Positions 41,057 to 50,693 of a stretch of DNA of 64,000 nt are shown here, piece after piece. The number at the start of each line of letters is the position of its first letter. The first letter of the stretch is position 1. The notes beneath the pieces were generated by a model. The model was not told where the DNA came from and ran no database searches. It was given only the letters and a program-made list of their open reading frames with translations. Source of the stretch: Anaeromyxobacteraceae bacterium (GTDB lineage: Bacteria > Myxococcota > Myxococcia > Myxococcales > Anaeromyxobacteraceae). The position numbers and the translations under genes were made by a program. The DNA lies in the NCBI GenBank assembly GCA_047602405.1, contig JASGHJ010000002.1, positions 1,344,001-1,408,000 on the forward strand. The letters run 5' to 3'.

Positions 41057-42123
41057 GCGGAGGCTCCTGCGCCGGGGCGACGGCCCGTGACGCGGTAGAC
41101 GAAGGCGAGGACGGCGGCGACCGCCTTGTAGGTCTGGGCGGGGATCTCGCGGCCGACCTTGACCTTCCGGTAGAGGAGGCGCGCGAGCGGGATGTCCTCG
41201 ACGATCGGGATCCCGTTCTCGCGGGCGAGCTCGCGCATGTACTCGGCGGCCTGCCCCTTGCCCTTGCAGGTGACGCGCGGCGCGCGGGCCTCGTCCTTGC
41301 GGTAGCGGATGGCGATGGCGATGTGCGTCGGGTTGACGACGAGCGCGTCCGCCCGCGGGACCTCCTTGCGGGCGAGGTTGCGGATGAACTCGCGGTGCTT
41401 CTTCTTGCGCTTGCCCTTGATGAGGGGGTCGCCCTCGTCCTCCCGGAACTCGCGCTTCGTCTCCTCCTTCGTCATCCGCATCTTCTTCGCGTAGCGCCAG
41501 CGCGACAGGGCGAGCTCGCCGATCGCGAGCACCACCGCGACGAGGAGCACCGGCCGGGCGACCGCGACGAGCAGGCGGACGATGGCGGAGAGCTGGTCGG
41601 GGAGGTCGGTGCGCAGCAGGGTGTCGAGCTGTGGGGCGTTGCGCTTCACCGCGCCCCACGCGACCCAGGCGATGAGCGTCACCTTCGAGGCCGCGAGCCC
41701 GACGTCGAGGAGGAACTCGGCCTTGAACATCCGGCCGAAGCTGGGGAGGTTGAAGACGCGCGAGAGGTCGGGGAAGACCCGCTCGCCCCAGAAGCCGCCC
41801 TTCGTCTGCACGATCGAGACGAGGACGGTGCCAAACGCCGCCGCCGCGCACACGCCCACCGCCGCGGCGACCGGCCGGACGGCGAGCTGGGGCAGATCCC
41901 CGAACGGCATCCGGTCCACCTGGCCCGCGACGCTCGCCATGAGCGCCGACAGGCCGCCGCGCAGGGTGCCCGCGAGCCCGAAGAGCGCGAGCAGCCCGCA
42001 GCCGAGCCCGGCGACCACGACGATGTCGTGGCCCATCGGGATCGAGCCCTCCTCCCAGGCGCGCCCGAGCCGTTGCCCGCTCGCGGGTTCGGTCTTCTGT
42101 TCCTGGTCGACCTCTTCGTCCAT
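41053..42123 (-). CDS. flhB: Flagellar export switch protein FlhB
   Basis: EQKTEPAS, MTKEETKRE...EGDP, NPTH autocleavage motif. Confidence 0.96.
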   Translation of the reverse strand: MDEEVDQEQKTEPASGQRLGRAWEEGSIPMGHDIVVVAGLGCGLLALFGLAGTLRGGLSALMASVAGQVDRMPFGDLPQLAVRPVAAAVGVCAAAAFGTVLVSIVQTKGGFWGERVFPDLSRVFNLPSFGRMFKAEFLLDVGLAASKVTLIAWVAWGAVKRNAPQLDTLLRTDLPDQLSAIVRLLVAVARPVLLVAVVLAIGELALSRWRYAKKMRMTKEETKREFREDEGDPLIKGKRKKKHREFIRNLARKEVPRADALVVNPTHIAIAIRYRKDEARAPRVTCKGKGQAAEYMRELARENGIPIVEDIPLARLLYRKVKVGREIPAQTYKAVAAVLAFVYRVTGRRPGAGASA

Positions 42124-42138
42124 GCCCGCTGGCTCCGG

Positions 42139-42882
42139 CTAGCCCTGGAACGCGGCGATCGCGGCCCGCGCCGCCAGCTCGGCGATCGACGGGGCGGTGA
42201 GGTAGAGCGCGATGCCGCCCGCCAGGATCGCGATTGAGAACCCCACGTTGGAGAGGTTGAGCTGGGGGGCCATGCGGGTGAGGAGCCCCATCACGAGGTG
42301 GCCCACGAGGACCGCCCCGAGGATCGGGAAGGCGAGGCGGACCGCGAGCGCGATGGCGACGACGGCCTGGCCGACGGCGTGCCAGGCGAGGGTGCCGAGG
42401 TCGGCGTGGGTCCCCGGCGGCCAGACCGCGACCGAGCGGGCGAGCCAGACCACCGCCTCGCGGTGGATGCCGAGCGCGACGGCGGCGCCCTGCGCGCCGA
42501 TGAAGAGGGTCTGCGAGACGGCGGAGGACTCGGCGCCGGTGAGCGGGTCGACGAGGGCCGAGAAGCCCAGGCCGGCGGAGAGGCCCGCGAGGTGGCCGGC
42601 CGCGAGCGCGGCCTCGAGGGCCCAGCGGGCGGTGAGCCCCGCGAGCAGCCCGAGCACGGTCTCGGAGGCGGCGGCGCCGGCGAGGCCGAGGATCGTCGCC
42701 GGCGGCGCGACGGCCGGCGAGCCGGCCCCCGCGTGCACGGCGAGCGCGAGCGCGAAGGCGATGGAAAGCCGGATCCGCTGCGGCACGACCCGGGCGGCGA
42801 GGATGGGCGCGGTCGAGCACAGCGCCGCGGTCCTCAGGAGGACGAGGCCGAACCCATACGCGGCGGCGATGGGCGCGTCCAC
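42139..42882 (-). CDS. fliR: FliR
   Basis: Multi-TM protein; GLGFSALVDP, RMAPQLN. Confidence 0.93.
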   Translation of the reverse strand: MDAPIAAAYGFGLVLLRTAALCSTAPILAARVVPQRIRLSIAFALALAVHAGAGSPAVAPPATILGLAGAAASETVLGLLAGLTARWALEAALAAGHLAGLSAGLGFSALVDPLTGAESSAVSQTLFIGAQGAAVALGIHREAVVWLARSVAVWPPGTHADLGTLAWHAVGQAVVAIALAVRLAFPILGAVLVGHLVMGLLTRMAPQLNLSNVGFSIAILAGGIALYLTAPSIAELAARAAIAAFQG

Positions 42883-42885
42883 GCG

Positions 42886-43149
42886 CTAGCCCCCCGACAT
42901 CCGGGCGATGGCCTGGGCGAGGAAGCCCGACAGGCGCTCCATCATCCAGCCGCCGAAGAGCCAGATCACGGTGAGCGCCGCGGCGGCGCGGGGCAGGAAC
43001 CCGACGGCGGTGTCGTTGATCTGGGTGGCGGCCTGCAGCACGCCGAGCACCAGGCCCACGAGCAGCATGGTCACGAACACCGGGGCGCCCACGGTCGCGA
43101 GCAGGACGAAGCCCTCGCGGAGCAGCCCGGCGGGGAGGTCGCCGCTCAC
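42886..43149 (-). CDS. fliQ: FliQ
   Basis: GVLQAATQIND...FLPR. Confidence 0.94.
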   Translation of the reverse strand: MSGDLPAGLLREGFVLLATVGAPVFVTMLLVGLVLGVLQAATQINDTAVGFLPRAAAALTVIWLFGGWMMERLSGFLAQAIARMSGG

Positions 43150-43865
43150 GCGAAGCTCCGGGCCAGCGAGGCGATGACGAGCCGCCAGCCGTCGGCCATG
43201 ACGAACAGGGCGACCTTCACCGGCAGCGCGATGAGGGTGGGGGGGACCATCATCATGCCCATCGACATGAGGAGCGCGGAGACGAGGAGGTCCACGAGGA
43301 GCAGCGGGACGTACAGGAAGAGCCCCATCCGGAAGGCGGTGGTGAGCTCGGAGACCATGAACGCCGGCATGCAGATCGACATCGGCACGGTCTCGCCGGC
43401 GCCCTGGGGCCGCTCGGTGCGGGAGAGCTCGTAGAAGAGCGCGAGGTCCTGCTCGCGGGTCTGCCGCAGCATGAACTCGCGGACCGGGCCGGAGGCCTTC
43501 TGGAGCGCCTCCTCGTGGCCCATGCGGTCCTCGAGGTACGGGCCGAGCGCGTCCGCGTACACGCGGTTCGCGGTGGGCGCCATCACGAAGAAGGAGAGGA
43601 CGAGCGCGAGCCCGACCACCACCTGGTTGGGCGGCAGCTGCGGCACGCCCAGCGCCTGGCGGAGGAAGGAGAGCACGATGATGATGCGGGTGAAGCTCGT
43701 GACCGAGACGAGGAGCGCCGTCGCGAACGACAGCGCGGTCATGAGGAGGAACAGCTTCACCGGCGCGGAGCCGCCGCCGTTCACCGCGATCGAGATCGCC
43801 TGGTCGGCGATCGGGGCGGAGCCGACCGGCCCGGCGGCGAGGAGGAGCGGCAGCGCGGCGGTCAC
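43146..43865 (-). CDS. fliP: FliP
   Basis: TSFTRIIIV, PPNQV, PAFMVSEL, MGMMMVPP, DGW. Confidence 0.96.
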   Translation of the reverse strand: MTAALPLLLAAGPVGSAPIADQAISIAVNGGGSAPVKLFLLMTALSFATALLVSVTSFTRIIIVLSFLRQALGVPQLPPNQVVVGLALVLSFFVMAPTANRVYADALGPYLEDRMGHEEALQKASGPVREFMLRQTREQDLALFYELSRTERPQGAGETVPMSICMPAFMVSELTTAFRMGLFLYVPLLLVDLLVSALLMSMGMMMVPPTLIALPVKVALFVMADGWRLVIASLARSFA

Positions 43866-44395
43866 CGGACGCTCCCGGTGAGGCCGCGGGCGAGCTTCTG
43901 GCGGAGCTCCTGGTCCTCGGAGGACTCGGCGAGGAGCGCCTCGAAGGCGGGCGAGCGCGGGTCGGCCTTCCTGCGGCGGTGCGGCACGAGGCGGGTCGCG
44001 ATGTCGACGAGCGCGGCGCCGGGGCGGGCGGGCGCGGGCGGCGCGGCCTCGGCGAGCTCCGCGGCGCGGAGCGAGACGAGCTCGGGCGGCTCGGCGGCCC
44101 CGGCGTGCTGGGCGCGCAGGAGCGCGATGCCGGCGTCGGTCGAGCCGAGGAGCAGGAGCTCGTCGCCGAGCCGGGCGAGGACCAGGCTCCGCTTCGGGCC
44201 GAGCGACGCCGACTCCAGGATCTGGAGGCGGCGGGTGGGCGCGCCGCGGCGCCGCCGCAGGACGACCACGGCGGCCGCGAGCAGGAGGAGGACCGCGACC
44301 GGGCCGAGCAGCGAGGCCCAGCCGGGGAGGGCGGCCGCGGCGGGCTGCGCGAGCCCCTGGAGCGCGGCGGCGGGGGCGGGGAGGGGAACGGACAC
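43862..44395 (-). CDS. fliO: FliO
   Basis: TM segment then LGPKRSLVL...LLLGST; lies between fliN and fliP. Confidence 0.85.
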   Translation of the reverse strand: MSVPLPAPAAALQGLAQPAAAALPGWASLLGPVAVLLLLAAAVVVLRRRRGAPTRRLQILESASLGPKRSLVLARLGDELLLLGSTDAGIALLRAQHAGAAEPPELVSLRAAELAEAAPPAPARPGAALVDIATRLVPHRRRKADPRSPAFEALLAESSEDQELRQKLARGLTGSVR

Positions 44396-44405
44396 GGCTC
44401 GGCTC

Positions 44406-44705
44406 CTAGCGGAGGCGCTGGATGCGCTCCTGCGGCGACACGATGTCGGTGATGCGGATGCCGAACTTGTCGTTCACGACGACGGCCTCGCCCCGGGCCA
44501 CGAGCCGCCCGTTGACGAGGATGTCCAGCGCCTCGCCGGCGACCTTGTCCAGCTCGATGACCGAGCCCGGGCCGAGCTGCAGGAGGTCCTGGATCGTCAT
44601 GCGGGTGCGGCCCAGCTCGACGTTCACCTCGAGGGGGACGTCGAGCAGCATGTCGAGGCGGCGGGAGGAGGAACCTTCGGGCTTGGGAGGCGTCTGCTCG
44701 GCCAT
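44406..44705 (-). CDS. fliN: Motor switch protein FliN
   Basis: LDVPLEVNVELGR, GSVIELDK, GEAVVV...FGIRI. Confidence 0.96.
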   Translation of the reverse strand: MAEQTPPKPEGSSSRRLDMLLDVPLEVNVELGRTRMTIQDLLQLGPGSVIELDKVAGEALDILVNGRLVARGEAVVVNDKFGIRITDIVSPQERIQRLR

Positions 44706-44718
44706 GGCGAGGGGGCTC

Positions 44719-45723
44719 CTAGTGCATGAGCGTCGACGGCGTCTGGGCCGGCGCGCGGAGGGGCTGGTCGACGATCATGGCGATGCTGCCGCCGGAGACC
44801 GTGGGGGTGGCGCGGAGCTTCTCGCGCCCCTGGACGATGACCGGCACGGGCCGGCCCTCGTCGGTGTCGAGGAGGACGACGTCGCCCACCTGGAGATCGA
44901 GCATCCGCGCGAACGGGATCCGGGTGCGCCCGTAGAGGCCGCGGACCTCGACGGCCACCTGCTCCACCTCGCGCGCGAGCGCCTCGGCGAACTTCTCGTC
45001 GGCGCGCTGCGAGAGGCGGCGGGGCGAGGCGAGCTTCTGCTTCGCGGACTCGACCGCGGCGAAGGGGATCACGAGCTGGAGCCGGCCCTCGAGGCCGCCC
45101 TTCAGCTCGAAGCCGGAGACGATGCCGACGTCGGTCGGCGGCGCGATGGTCGCCATGCGCGGGTCGAGCTCGAAGCGCAGCACCTCCGGCTGGAAGGGCA
45201 GCACCGGGGCCCAGGCCTGGGCCATCGCGTCGGTGAGGATCAGGAGCAGCCGGCGGAGCACGAGCTGCTCGACGCTGGTGAGCTCCCGGCGCTGGTCGCC
45301 GTTCTGCTCGGGCGTGCGCGGCTTGCGGTCGCCGAGCGCCGCGCCGAGGAGCGCCTCGCCCAGGCCCGGCTCGAGCACCGCGAGCGCGAAGCCGTGCGCC
45401 GAGCCGAGCCCGAGGATGCAGACCGAGGCGGGCGGGGCGAGGAGCGGGACGAGGTCGGCGAACTTGAGGAGGGTGGCGGGGGTGCTCGTCACCCGCATGG
45501 CCACGCGGGTGCGGCCGGCGAGCCCGATGCCCAGCATCGAGGCCACCTGCTCGTTGATCGCGTCGAGCGTGGGCATCTGCCCGCGGATGATGCGGTCCTG
45601 GCTGGTGAGGTCGTAGGGGACGACCTGCGAGCGCTGGACGCGCTCGGTCTCGGTCGAGACCTTGCCGTCCTGGATGGCGCTCATGAGCGCCTTGATCTCG
45701 TCGGGGGTCAGCGTGGCGGGCAT
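44719..45723 (-). CDS. fliM: Motor switch protein FliM
   Basis: LTPDEIKALM (CheY-binding peptide), YDLTSQDR, RELTSVE, C-terminal SpoA domain. Confidence 0.94.
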   Translation of the reverse strand: MPATLTPDEIKALMSAIQDGKVSTETERVQRSQVVPYDLTSQDRIIRGQMPTLDAINEQVASMLGIGLAGRTRVAMRVTSTPATLLKFADLVPLLAPPASVCILGLGSAHGFALAVLEPGLGEALLGAALGDRKPRTPEQNGDQRRELTSVEQLVLRRLLLILTDAMAQAWAPVLPFQPEVLRFELDPRMATIAPPTDVGIVSGFELKGGLEGRLQLVIPFAAVESAKQKLASPRRLSQRADEKFAEALAREVEQVAVEVRGLYGRTRIPFARMLDLQVGDVVLLDTDEGRPVPVIVQGREKLRATPTVSGGSIAMIVDQPLRAPAQTPSTLMH

Positions 45724-45733
45724 GGCGCGCGGC

Positions 45734-46282
45734 TCACTGGATGACGAGGTCGGTCACGTAGAGCGCGTTGATCTTCACGCCCGGGGCGAGCTCGGGGAGG
45801 CGCTCCTCGAGGGCCTTCTTGGTGCGCGCGATGGCCTCGCCGCCGCGCAGCTCCTCGAGGGTCCGGTCGGACAGGTAGAGGAGGAACCCGTCGCGCACGC
45901 GCGGCATGAGGAGCGTGAACTTGTTCTTGTCCTCCTCGGCCGCGACCTCGACCTCGAAGGAGAGGCGCGCGTACCGGTCGGACTCGACGTTCCGGAGGTG
46001 CACGACGAAGTCGGCGAGCTTCACGGTGGGGCCGGGGGGAGCCTCCTTGCCGTCCTTGCCCTTCTCGCCGCCCTTCCCCTCGCCCTCCTTGCCGTGCTCG
46101 GCGGCCTTGTCGTCGGGCTTCGTCTCCGGGTGGCTGCCGCCACCGCCCCTCAGCAGGAACACCGCGAGCACCGCCGCCACGAGGACGACGTTCACGATGA
46201 GCAGGATGGGGACGAGCTTCGACCCGCCGCCGGCCCCGACGCCCGCCGCCTTCTCGATGTCCTTGTCCGCTTCTTCGGCCAT
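45734..46282 (-). CDS. fliL: FliL
   Basis: Single TM, FVVHL, PRVRD, LYVTDLVIQ. AGGAG RBS before ATG 46282. Confidence 0.92.
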   Translation of the reverse strand: MAEEADKDIEKAAGVGAGGGSKLVPILLIVNVVLVAAVLAVFLLRGGGGSHPETKPDDKAAEHGKEGEGKGGEKGKDGKEAPPGPTVKLADFVVHLRNVESDRYARLSFEVEVAAEEDKNKFTLLMPRVRDGFLLYLSDRTLEELRGGEAIARTKKALEERLPELAPGVKINALYVTDLVIQ

Positions 46283-46304
46283 GGAGTCTCCTGCAGCGGC
46301 CAAA

Positions 46305-46320
46305 AGCAAGGGCCGTGCCT
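46305..46320 (-). promoter_or_regulatory. Sigma54 promoter of the fliL-flhA operon
   Basis: Minus strand AGGCACGGCCCTTGCT. Confidence 0.8.
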
Positions 46321-46423
46321 CCATGATTCCTGAAGCGTGTCGGGTGCTTGGGGCTCCGTCAGCGGCGTGGCGACGGGGGCGCGGCGGCGCGCCGGCGCGC
46401 CGGCGTCAGGCGGCTGACTCGCG

Positions 46424-47287
46424 TCAGTCGTAGAGGCCGGTGACGCGCTCCCGCAGGTTCTTCGTGAGCGTCCGGAGGATGTCGTCGGAGATGCCGATGA
46501 CCGAGCGGCCGATCATGACGAGGGCGTCGTTGTCCTCCTCGTCGACGCGGCCGGCGTAGATCCCCGACTTCTTGGAGAGCGCGTTCGCGAAGCAGACCGC
46601 GTTCGCGAGCGACTGCCGGTTCGCCTGGTCGTACTCGCCCGCCGCCTTGATGCAGGCGATGATCGGCGGGGGCAGCGCCCACTTCTCGGCGAGCACCACG
46701 GCCACCGGCCGGTGGACCTTGCCGATGACCTCCAGCCACTCGCCGGAGTCGATCCAGCCGCGCTGGTAGACCTCGGTGAGCTGCCGCTCGAGCTCGAGCA
46801 GGATGGTCGCCACGACGGGCTTGCCGACGTCGTGGAGCAGGCCGGCGAGGTAGGCCGAGTCGGAGTCCTGGGCCCCGGTGAGCGCGAGCACGTCGCGCGC
46901 GAGCATGCCGACCGCGACCGAGTGCTCCCACAGCACCCTGAGCTGCTCGTTGATCTGGGGGTTCTTCGAGACGAAGACCTTCTGGGCGGAGGCCTCGACG
47001 AGGAGCGTCTTCAGCGTCTTCGTCCCGAGGCGGGCGAGCGCCTCGGTGAGGGTGATCTTCTTGCCGCCGCCGAAGGCGGCGCTGGTGGCCATCCGCAGGG
47101 TCCGGGCCGCCAGCACCGGGTCCTTCTCCATCACCGCGGCGGCCTCCCTCATGCCGGCGTCGGGATCCCGGAGGACCTCGTTCACCTTCATCGCCACCGC
47201 AGGCATGGTGGGCAGGACGAGCTGGTCGGACTGGATCTTCTTGGTGAGGATCCCCTCCAGCTCCGCCGCCAGCTTCTCCGCGCTCAT
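46424..47287 (-). CDS. HDOD-domain protein
   Basis: LPTMP, DPVLAARTLR, LWEHS, AGLLHDVGK, WALP. Confidence 0.92.
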   Translation of the reverse strand: MSAEKLAAELEGILTKKIQSDQLVLPTMPAVAMKVNEVLRDPDAGMREAAAVMEKDPVLAARTLRMATSAAFGGGKKITLTEALARLGTKTLKTLLVEASAQKVFVSKNPQINEQLRVLWEHSVAVGMLARDVLALTGAQDSDSAYLAGLLHDVGKPVVATILLELERQLTEVYQRGWIDSGEWLEVIGKVHRPVAVVLAEKWALPPPIIACIKAAGEYDQANRQSLANAVCFANALSKKSGIYAGRVDEEDNDALVMIGRSVIGISDDILRTLTKNLRERVTGLYD

Positions 47288-47351
47288 GGCTGCACCTTAA
47301 ACCACGGCGCACGCTTCCGTGCGAGGTGCACCCGGTCGAACCGGGCGCACC

Positions 47352-48530
47352 TCACGCCGCCGCGCCGGTCTTCGCCTCCTGGAGCGTGCCGAAGAGCTTC
47401 AGGTCCTTCGTCTCCTCGTAGGCGCCGAGGATCTTGCGCATGTCGGCCGGGCCCACGAGGGAGAGCGTCATCCCGAACTCCTTCGACTTCGACGACACCT
47501 CGTTCACGAACTTGGGCAGGCGGTCGCCCTCCATCGGCGGAGCGCCCACGTCCAGCACGACCTCGTCGTAGCAGGCGGCCGCCACCTTCTCGAGGGCCTC
47601 CTCGAAGACGTTGTTGAGCCGGTTGTAGAACCGCTCGACGCGGTCGGCCTTGCCGGTGAACGGCGCGATCTTGAGGACGTTGTCCTCGACCGTCAGGAAG
47701 TCCTGGTTGTCGAAGTACTGCTGGAGGAAGTCGTCGATCGCCTCGGGCCGGAAGGGCTTGTACATCACGTCGTCGAAGCCCTGGTCCTTCAGCTCCTTCG
47801 TCGCGTCGTTCGCGGTGCGCAGCGCGAGCGCGAGCACGGCGGCGTGCGGCTGGAGCACGCGGATCTGCTGGCCGAGGACCTGGCTGTTGACGTCCGGGAT
47901 CTCGGTGTCGATGAGGATGATCTTGTAGACGCGGTCCCGGCAGGACGCGAGGGCGGACTGCGCGCTCGTGAAGCCGGCCAGCGTCACGTGGGTGGGGACC
48001 ATGGAGCGGAGCTTGCGCTGCACGTTCTCCATGTCGTCCACCACCAGGATGTCGACGAAGCGGCCGGCGGCGGTGGGCGCCACGGTCGCGCCGCTCAGCG
48101 AGGCCGCCTCCGCGGGGGCGGCGGCCGGGCCGGGCGCGGCGGCGGACTGGACGATCTGGTCCACGCCGGGCTCCCCCTGGAGCACCGACAGCACCTTCGC
48201 GCGGAGCTCCTCCGGCTTGAAGGGCTTCAGGATGTAGTCGGAGATGCCGGCCTTCATCGCGCCGGCGACGATGGTCCGCTTGGACTCCGAGGTGAGCATG
48301 ATGACGGGGGTCTTGTTGCCGGACTCCCGCATCTTCTGCAGCATCGTCGGGCCGTCCATGTTCGGCATCGTCACGTCCAGGAGGACGAGGTCCACCGTGG
48401 TGTTCGCGAGCTGCTCGAGCCCCTGGATGCCGTCCTCGGCCTCGATGACGTCGAAGCCGAGCTCCTTCACCTGCTTGCCGACGATCGTGCGGACCGCGCG
48501 GCTGTCGTCCACCGTCAGGATGGCGGGCAT
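47352..48530 (-). CDS. Response regulator: two REC domains plus a C-terminal STAS-like domain
   Basis: ILTVDDS...LDVTMP...KPF; ILVVDD...IDTEIP...KPF. The C-terminus (EVVLDV...LSLVG...LKLFGTLQEA) looks STAS-like. Confidence 0.82.
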   Translation of the reverse strand: MPAILTVDDSRAVRTIVGKQVKELGFDVIEAEDGIQGLEQLANTTVDLVLLDVTMPNMDGPTMLQKMRESGNKTPVIMLTSESKRTIVAGAMKAGISDYILKPFKPEELRAKVLSVLQGEPGVDQIVQSAAAPGPAAAPAEAASLSGATVAPTAAGRFVDILVVDDMENVQRKLRSMVPTHVTLAGFTSAQSALASCRDRVYKIILIDTEIPDVNSQVLGQQIRVLQPHAAVLALALRTANDATKELKDQGFDDVMYKPFRPEAIDDFLQQYFDNQDFLTVEDNVLKIAPFTGKADRVERFYNRLNNVFEEALEKVAAACYDEVVLDVGAPPMEGDRLPKFVNEVSSKSKEFGMTLSLVGPADMRKILGAYEETKDLKLFGTLQEAKTGAAA

Positions 48531-48545
48531 GGTTCCTTTCCTCCG

Positions 48546-49001
48546 TTACTCGACGATGCCTTCGAAGACCCAGAGGACGAGGTTCACCTTCTCGGCCTTG
48601 AGCACGACCGGGTCCTGGTCGGGGGGCGGTCCCGGGACGGGGGGCTGCCCCTCCGGCACCACGCGAGGCAGGCCCAGCGCCTGCTCGAGCTTGAGCTGCG
48701 ACTTGAGGAGCCCGGCGGTCATGTTCACGAGCTCGCAGAGCGCGTCGGACATCATGTCGTCGGAGACGTCGGCGTCGGCGACCTGGAACATCTTGGCCGA
48801 GAGCTGGTTGCAGCCGGGCTGGTCCGAGGACAGCCCGACGGTCAGCGGCCGGGCGCCGGGGATGGGCAGGACGGCCGCGCGCCAGACGAGGTGCGACCAC
48901 GGCGACCGGTCGGCGTCCGGGTGAAAGGTGAGCCCCAGCATGGTCTGGGTCACCCCGGACACGACCTGTGCCAGCTTGTCGGGTGGTGGGAGCATCGACA
49001 T
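48546..49001 (-). CDS. cheX: CheX-like phosphatase
   Basis: DALCELVNMTAG (ExxN), LGLP. Start at ATG 49001. Confidence 0.75.
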   Translation of the reverse strand: MSMLPPPDKLAQVVSGVTQTMLGLTFHPDADRSPWSHLVWRAAVLPIPGARPLTVGLSSDQPGCNQLSAKMFQVADADVSDDMMSDALCELVNMTAGLLKSQLKLEQALGLPRVVPEGQPPVPGPPPDQDPVVLKAEKVNLVLWVFEGIVE

Positions 49002-49056
49002 GTCGTTCTCGCAGGCGCCGCGGGTGAGGTGCTGGACCGCTCGGCCGGAGTGCTGG

Positions 49057-49072
49057 TGCAAGCACCACGCCT
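49057..49072 (-). promoter_or_regulatory. Sigma54 promoter of cheX-like/REC/HDOD genes
   Basis: Minus strand AGGCGTGGTGCTTGCA. Confidence 0.6.
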
Positions 49073-49294
49073 CTCCTCCCTGTCCCCCGATTCGCCCGCA
49101 AAAGCCCGCGCTGGCGGGGGCGGATGCCCCTGGAACGGGCCCGTCCGACGCGCGCGGAGGGGTCGAAACCGGGTGTCCGCCGTGACCCTGGTGCGCCCGG
49201 ACCCGGCCCGACCCCTCGGTCGAAAGGGCCGGCGGAGGGCCCGGGTTTCGCGGCTGGTGGCCTGAATCGGCTGGGGTGGCCTGCCACCCGGCCA

Positions 49295-49310
49295 CGGCAC
49301 GGACGCTGCA
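49295..49310 (+). promoter_or_regulatory. Sigma54 promoter of the che operon
   Basis: CGGCACGGACGCTGCA. Confidence 0.6.
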
Positions 49311-49343
49311 AAACGACCGGGCCGAAAGGACGGTCACCGTCGC

Positions 49344-49706
49344 ATGCAGATCCTCGTCGTGGACGACTCGAAGGCGATGCGCAGCATCGTGATGCGCGCG
49401 GTCCGGCAGGCAGGGTACGACAGCGTCACCTTCGTCGAGGCCACCAACGGCGCCGAGGCGCTGAAGGTGATCCGGGGGGGTGCGCCGAACCTCGTCCTGG
49501 CGGACTGGAACATGCCGGAGATGAGCGGCATCGACCTGCTCCGCGCGCTCCGTGCCGAGGGCAACAACGTCAAGCTCGGCTTCGTGACCTCGGAGAGCGA
49601 CCCCGCCATGCGGGACATGGCCTTCCAGGCCGGCGCCTCCTTCATGCTCACGAAGCCCTTCACCCCGGACGCCTTCAAGGCCGTGCTGGGGCCGGTGCTC
49701 GCATGA
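49344..49706 (+). CDS. cheY: CheY-like single-domain response regulator
   Basis: ILVVDDS, ADWNMP, VTSE, KPFT. Confidence 0.9.
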   Translation: MQILVVDDSKAMRSIVMRAVRQAGYDSVTFVEATNGAEALKVIRGGAPNLVLADWNMPEMSGIDLLRALRAEGNNVKLGFVTSESDPAMRDMAFQAGASFMLTKPFTPDAFKAVLGPVLA

Positions 49707-50194
49707 CCACGGCCACCGCCGAGAGGCCGGCGCTCGCCGCCTGGCTGGCGGACCTCGAGGCCGCCTTCGAGGAGACGGCGAAGGGCGCGCTCGGCATCGA
49801 GGCCGTCGAGGTCCTCGGCCGCGCCGACCACCCGCTGCCCGGGCAGCACGGCTCCTACCTCGGGCTCATCGGGCCGCTGGGCGCCGTGCAGATCGGGCTG
49901 GCGGGCGACGAGGCCACCTGCCAGCTGCTCGCGAAGGCGCTGCTCGCGATGGGCCCGGACGACCCGGCGCTCTCGCCCGCCGAGGTCGCCGACGCGGTGT
50001 CCGAGATCGTCAACATCGTCGCGGGGGCGTTCAAGACGCGCGTCCGCGACCGCGCGCCGCAGCTCACGATGGGGCTGCCGACCTTCTTCCACGGCGGCGT
50101 CCAGGAGACCGAGCGCACCGCGGTGCGGACCGCCGAGCTCCGCGCCGGCGAGATGTCCGTCACCCTCCTGCTGGTCCATCCGCGAGGGACCTGA
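49703..50194 (+). CDS. cheX: CheX-like phosphatase
   Basis: DAVSEIVNIVAG, MGLP. ATGA overlap with cheY. Confidence 0.75.
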   Translation: MTTATAERPALAAWLADLEAAFEETAKGALGIEAVEVLGRADHPLPGQHGSYLGLIGPLGAVQIGLAGDEATCQLLAKALLAMGPDDPALSPAEVADAVSEIVNIVAGAFKTRVRDRAPQLTMGLPTFFHGGVQETERTAVRTAELRAGEMSVTLLLVHPRGT

Positions 50195-50206
50195 GGCCAG
50201 GCGTCG

Positions 50207-50683
50207 ATGCAGATCGTCCCGCTGCCACCCCCGACCGAGCTCGAGAAGCTCCTCTCCGGGCTGCTCATGCGCAACGTCAAGGTCGCCAAGACCCCGGGCG
50301 TCGCGCCGGCGCAGCCCTGCACCGTCGCCCTCTTCAAGACCGAGGACCCCGTGCTCGAGGTCGCGGTGGTCTGCGACGTGCCCCTCGCGGCGTCGCTCGC
50401 GGCCGCCCTGTCGGTCGTCCCGGTCGGCGCCGTGAAGGACGCGGTGGCGGCCGGCACGCTCGACGACTCGCTGCGCGACAACTTCGCCGAGGTCATGAAC
50501 GTCCTCGCCCGCTTCCTCTCCACGGGCTCGGGGCGCCGCTTCGCGCTGAGCCGGGTGCTCTGCCCGCCCGATCCGGTCGAGGCCGCGGTCCTCGCGGCCG
50601 CGGAGGGCTCGGACGAGCGGCGGGAGCTCGCCGCCGACGTCCCCGGCTACACCCGCGGCCAGATCGCCTTCTGCACGCTCTAG
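50207..50683 (+). CDS. Chemotaxis-associated protein with a CheC/CheX-like ExxN motif
   Basis: DNFAEVMNVL; located within the che operon. Confidence 0.6.
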   Translation: MQIVPLPPPTELEKLLSGLLMRNVKVAKTPGVAPAQPCTVALFKTEDPVLEVAVVCDVPLAASLAAALSVVPVGAVKDAVAAGTLDDSLRDNFAEVMNVLARFLSTGSGRRFALSRVLCPPDPVEAAVLAAAEGSDERRELAADVPGYTRGQIAFCTL

Positions 50684-50693
50684 GAGCCTCGCC

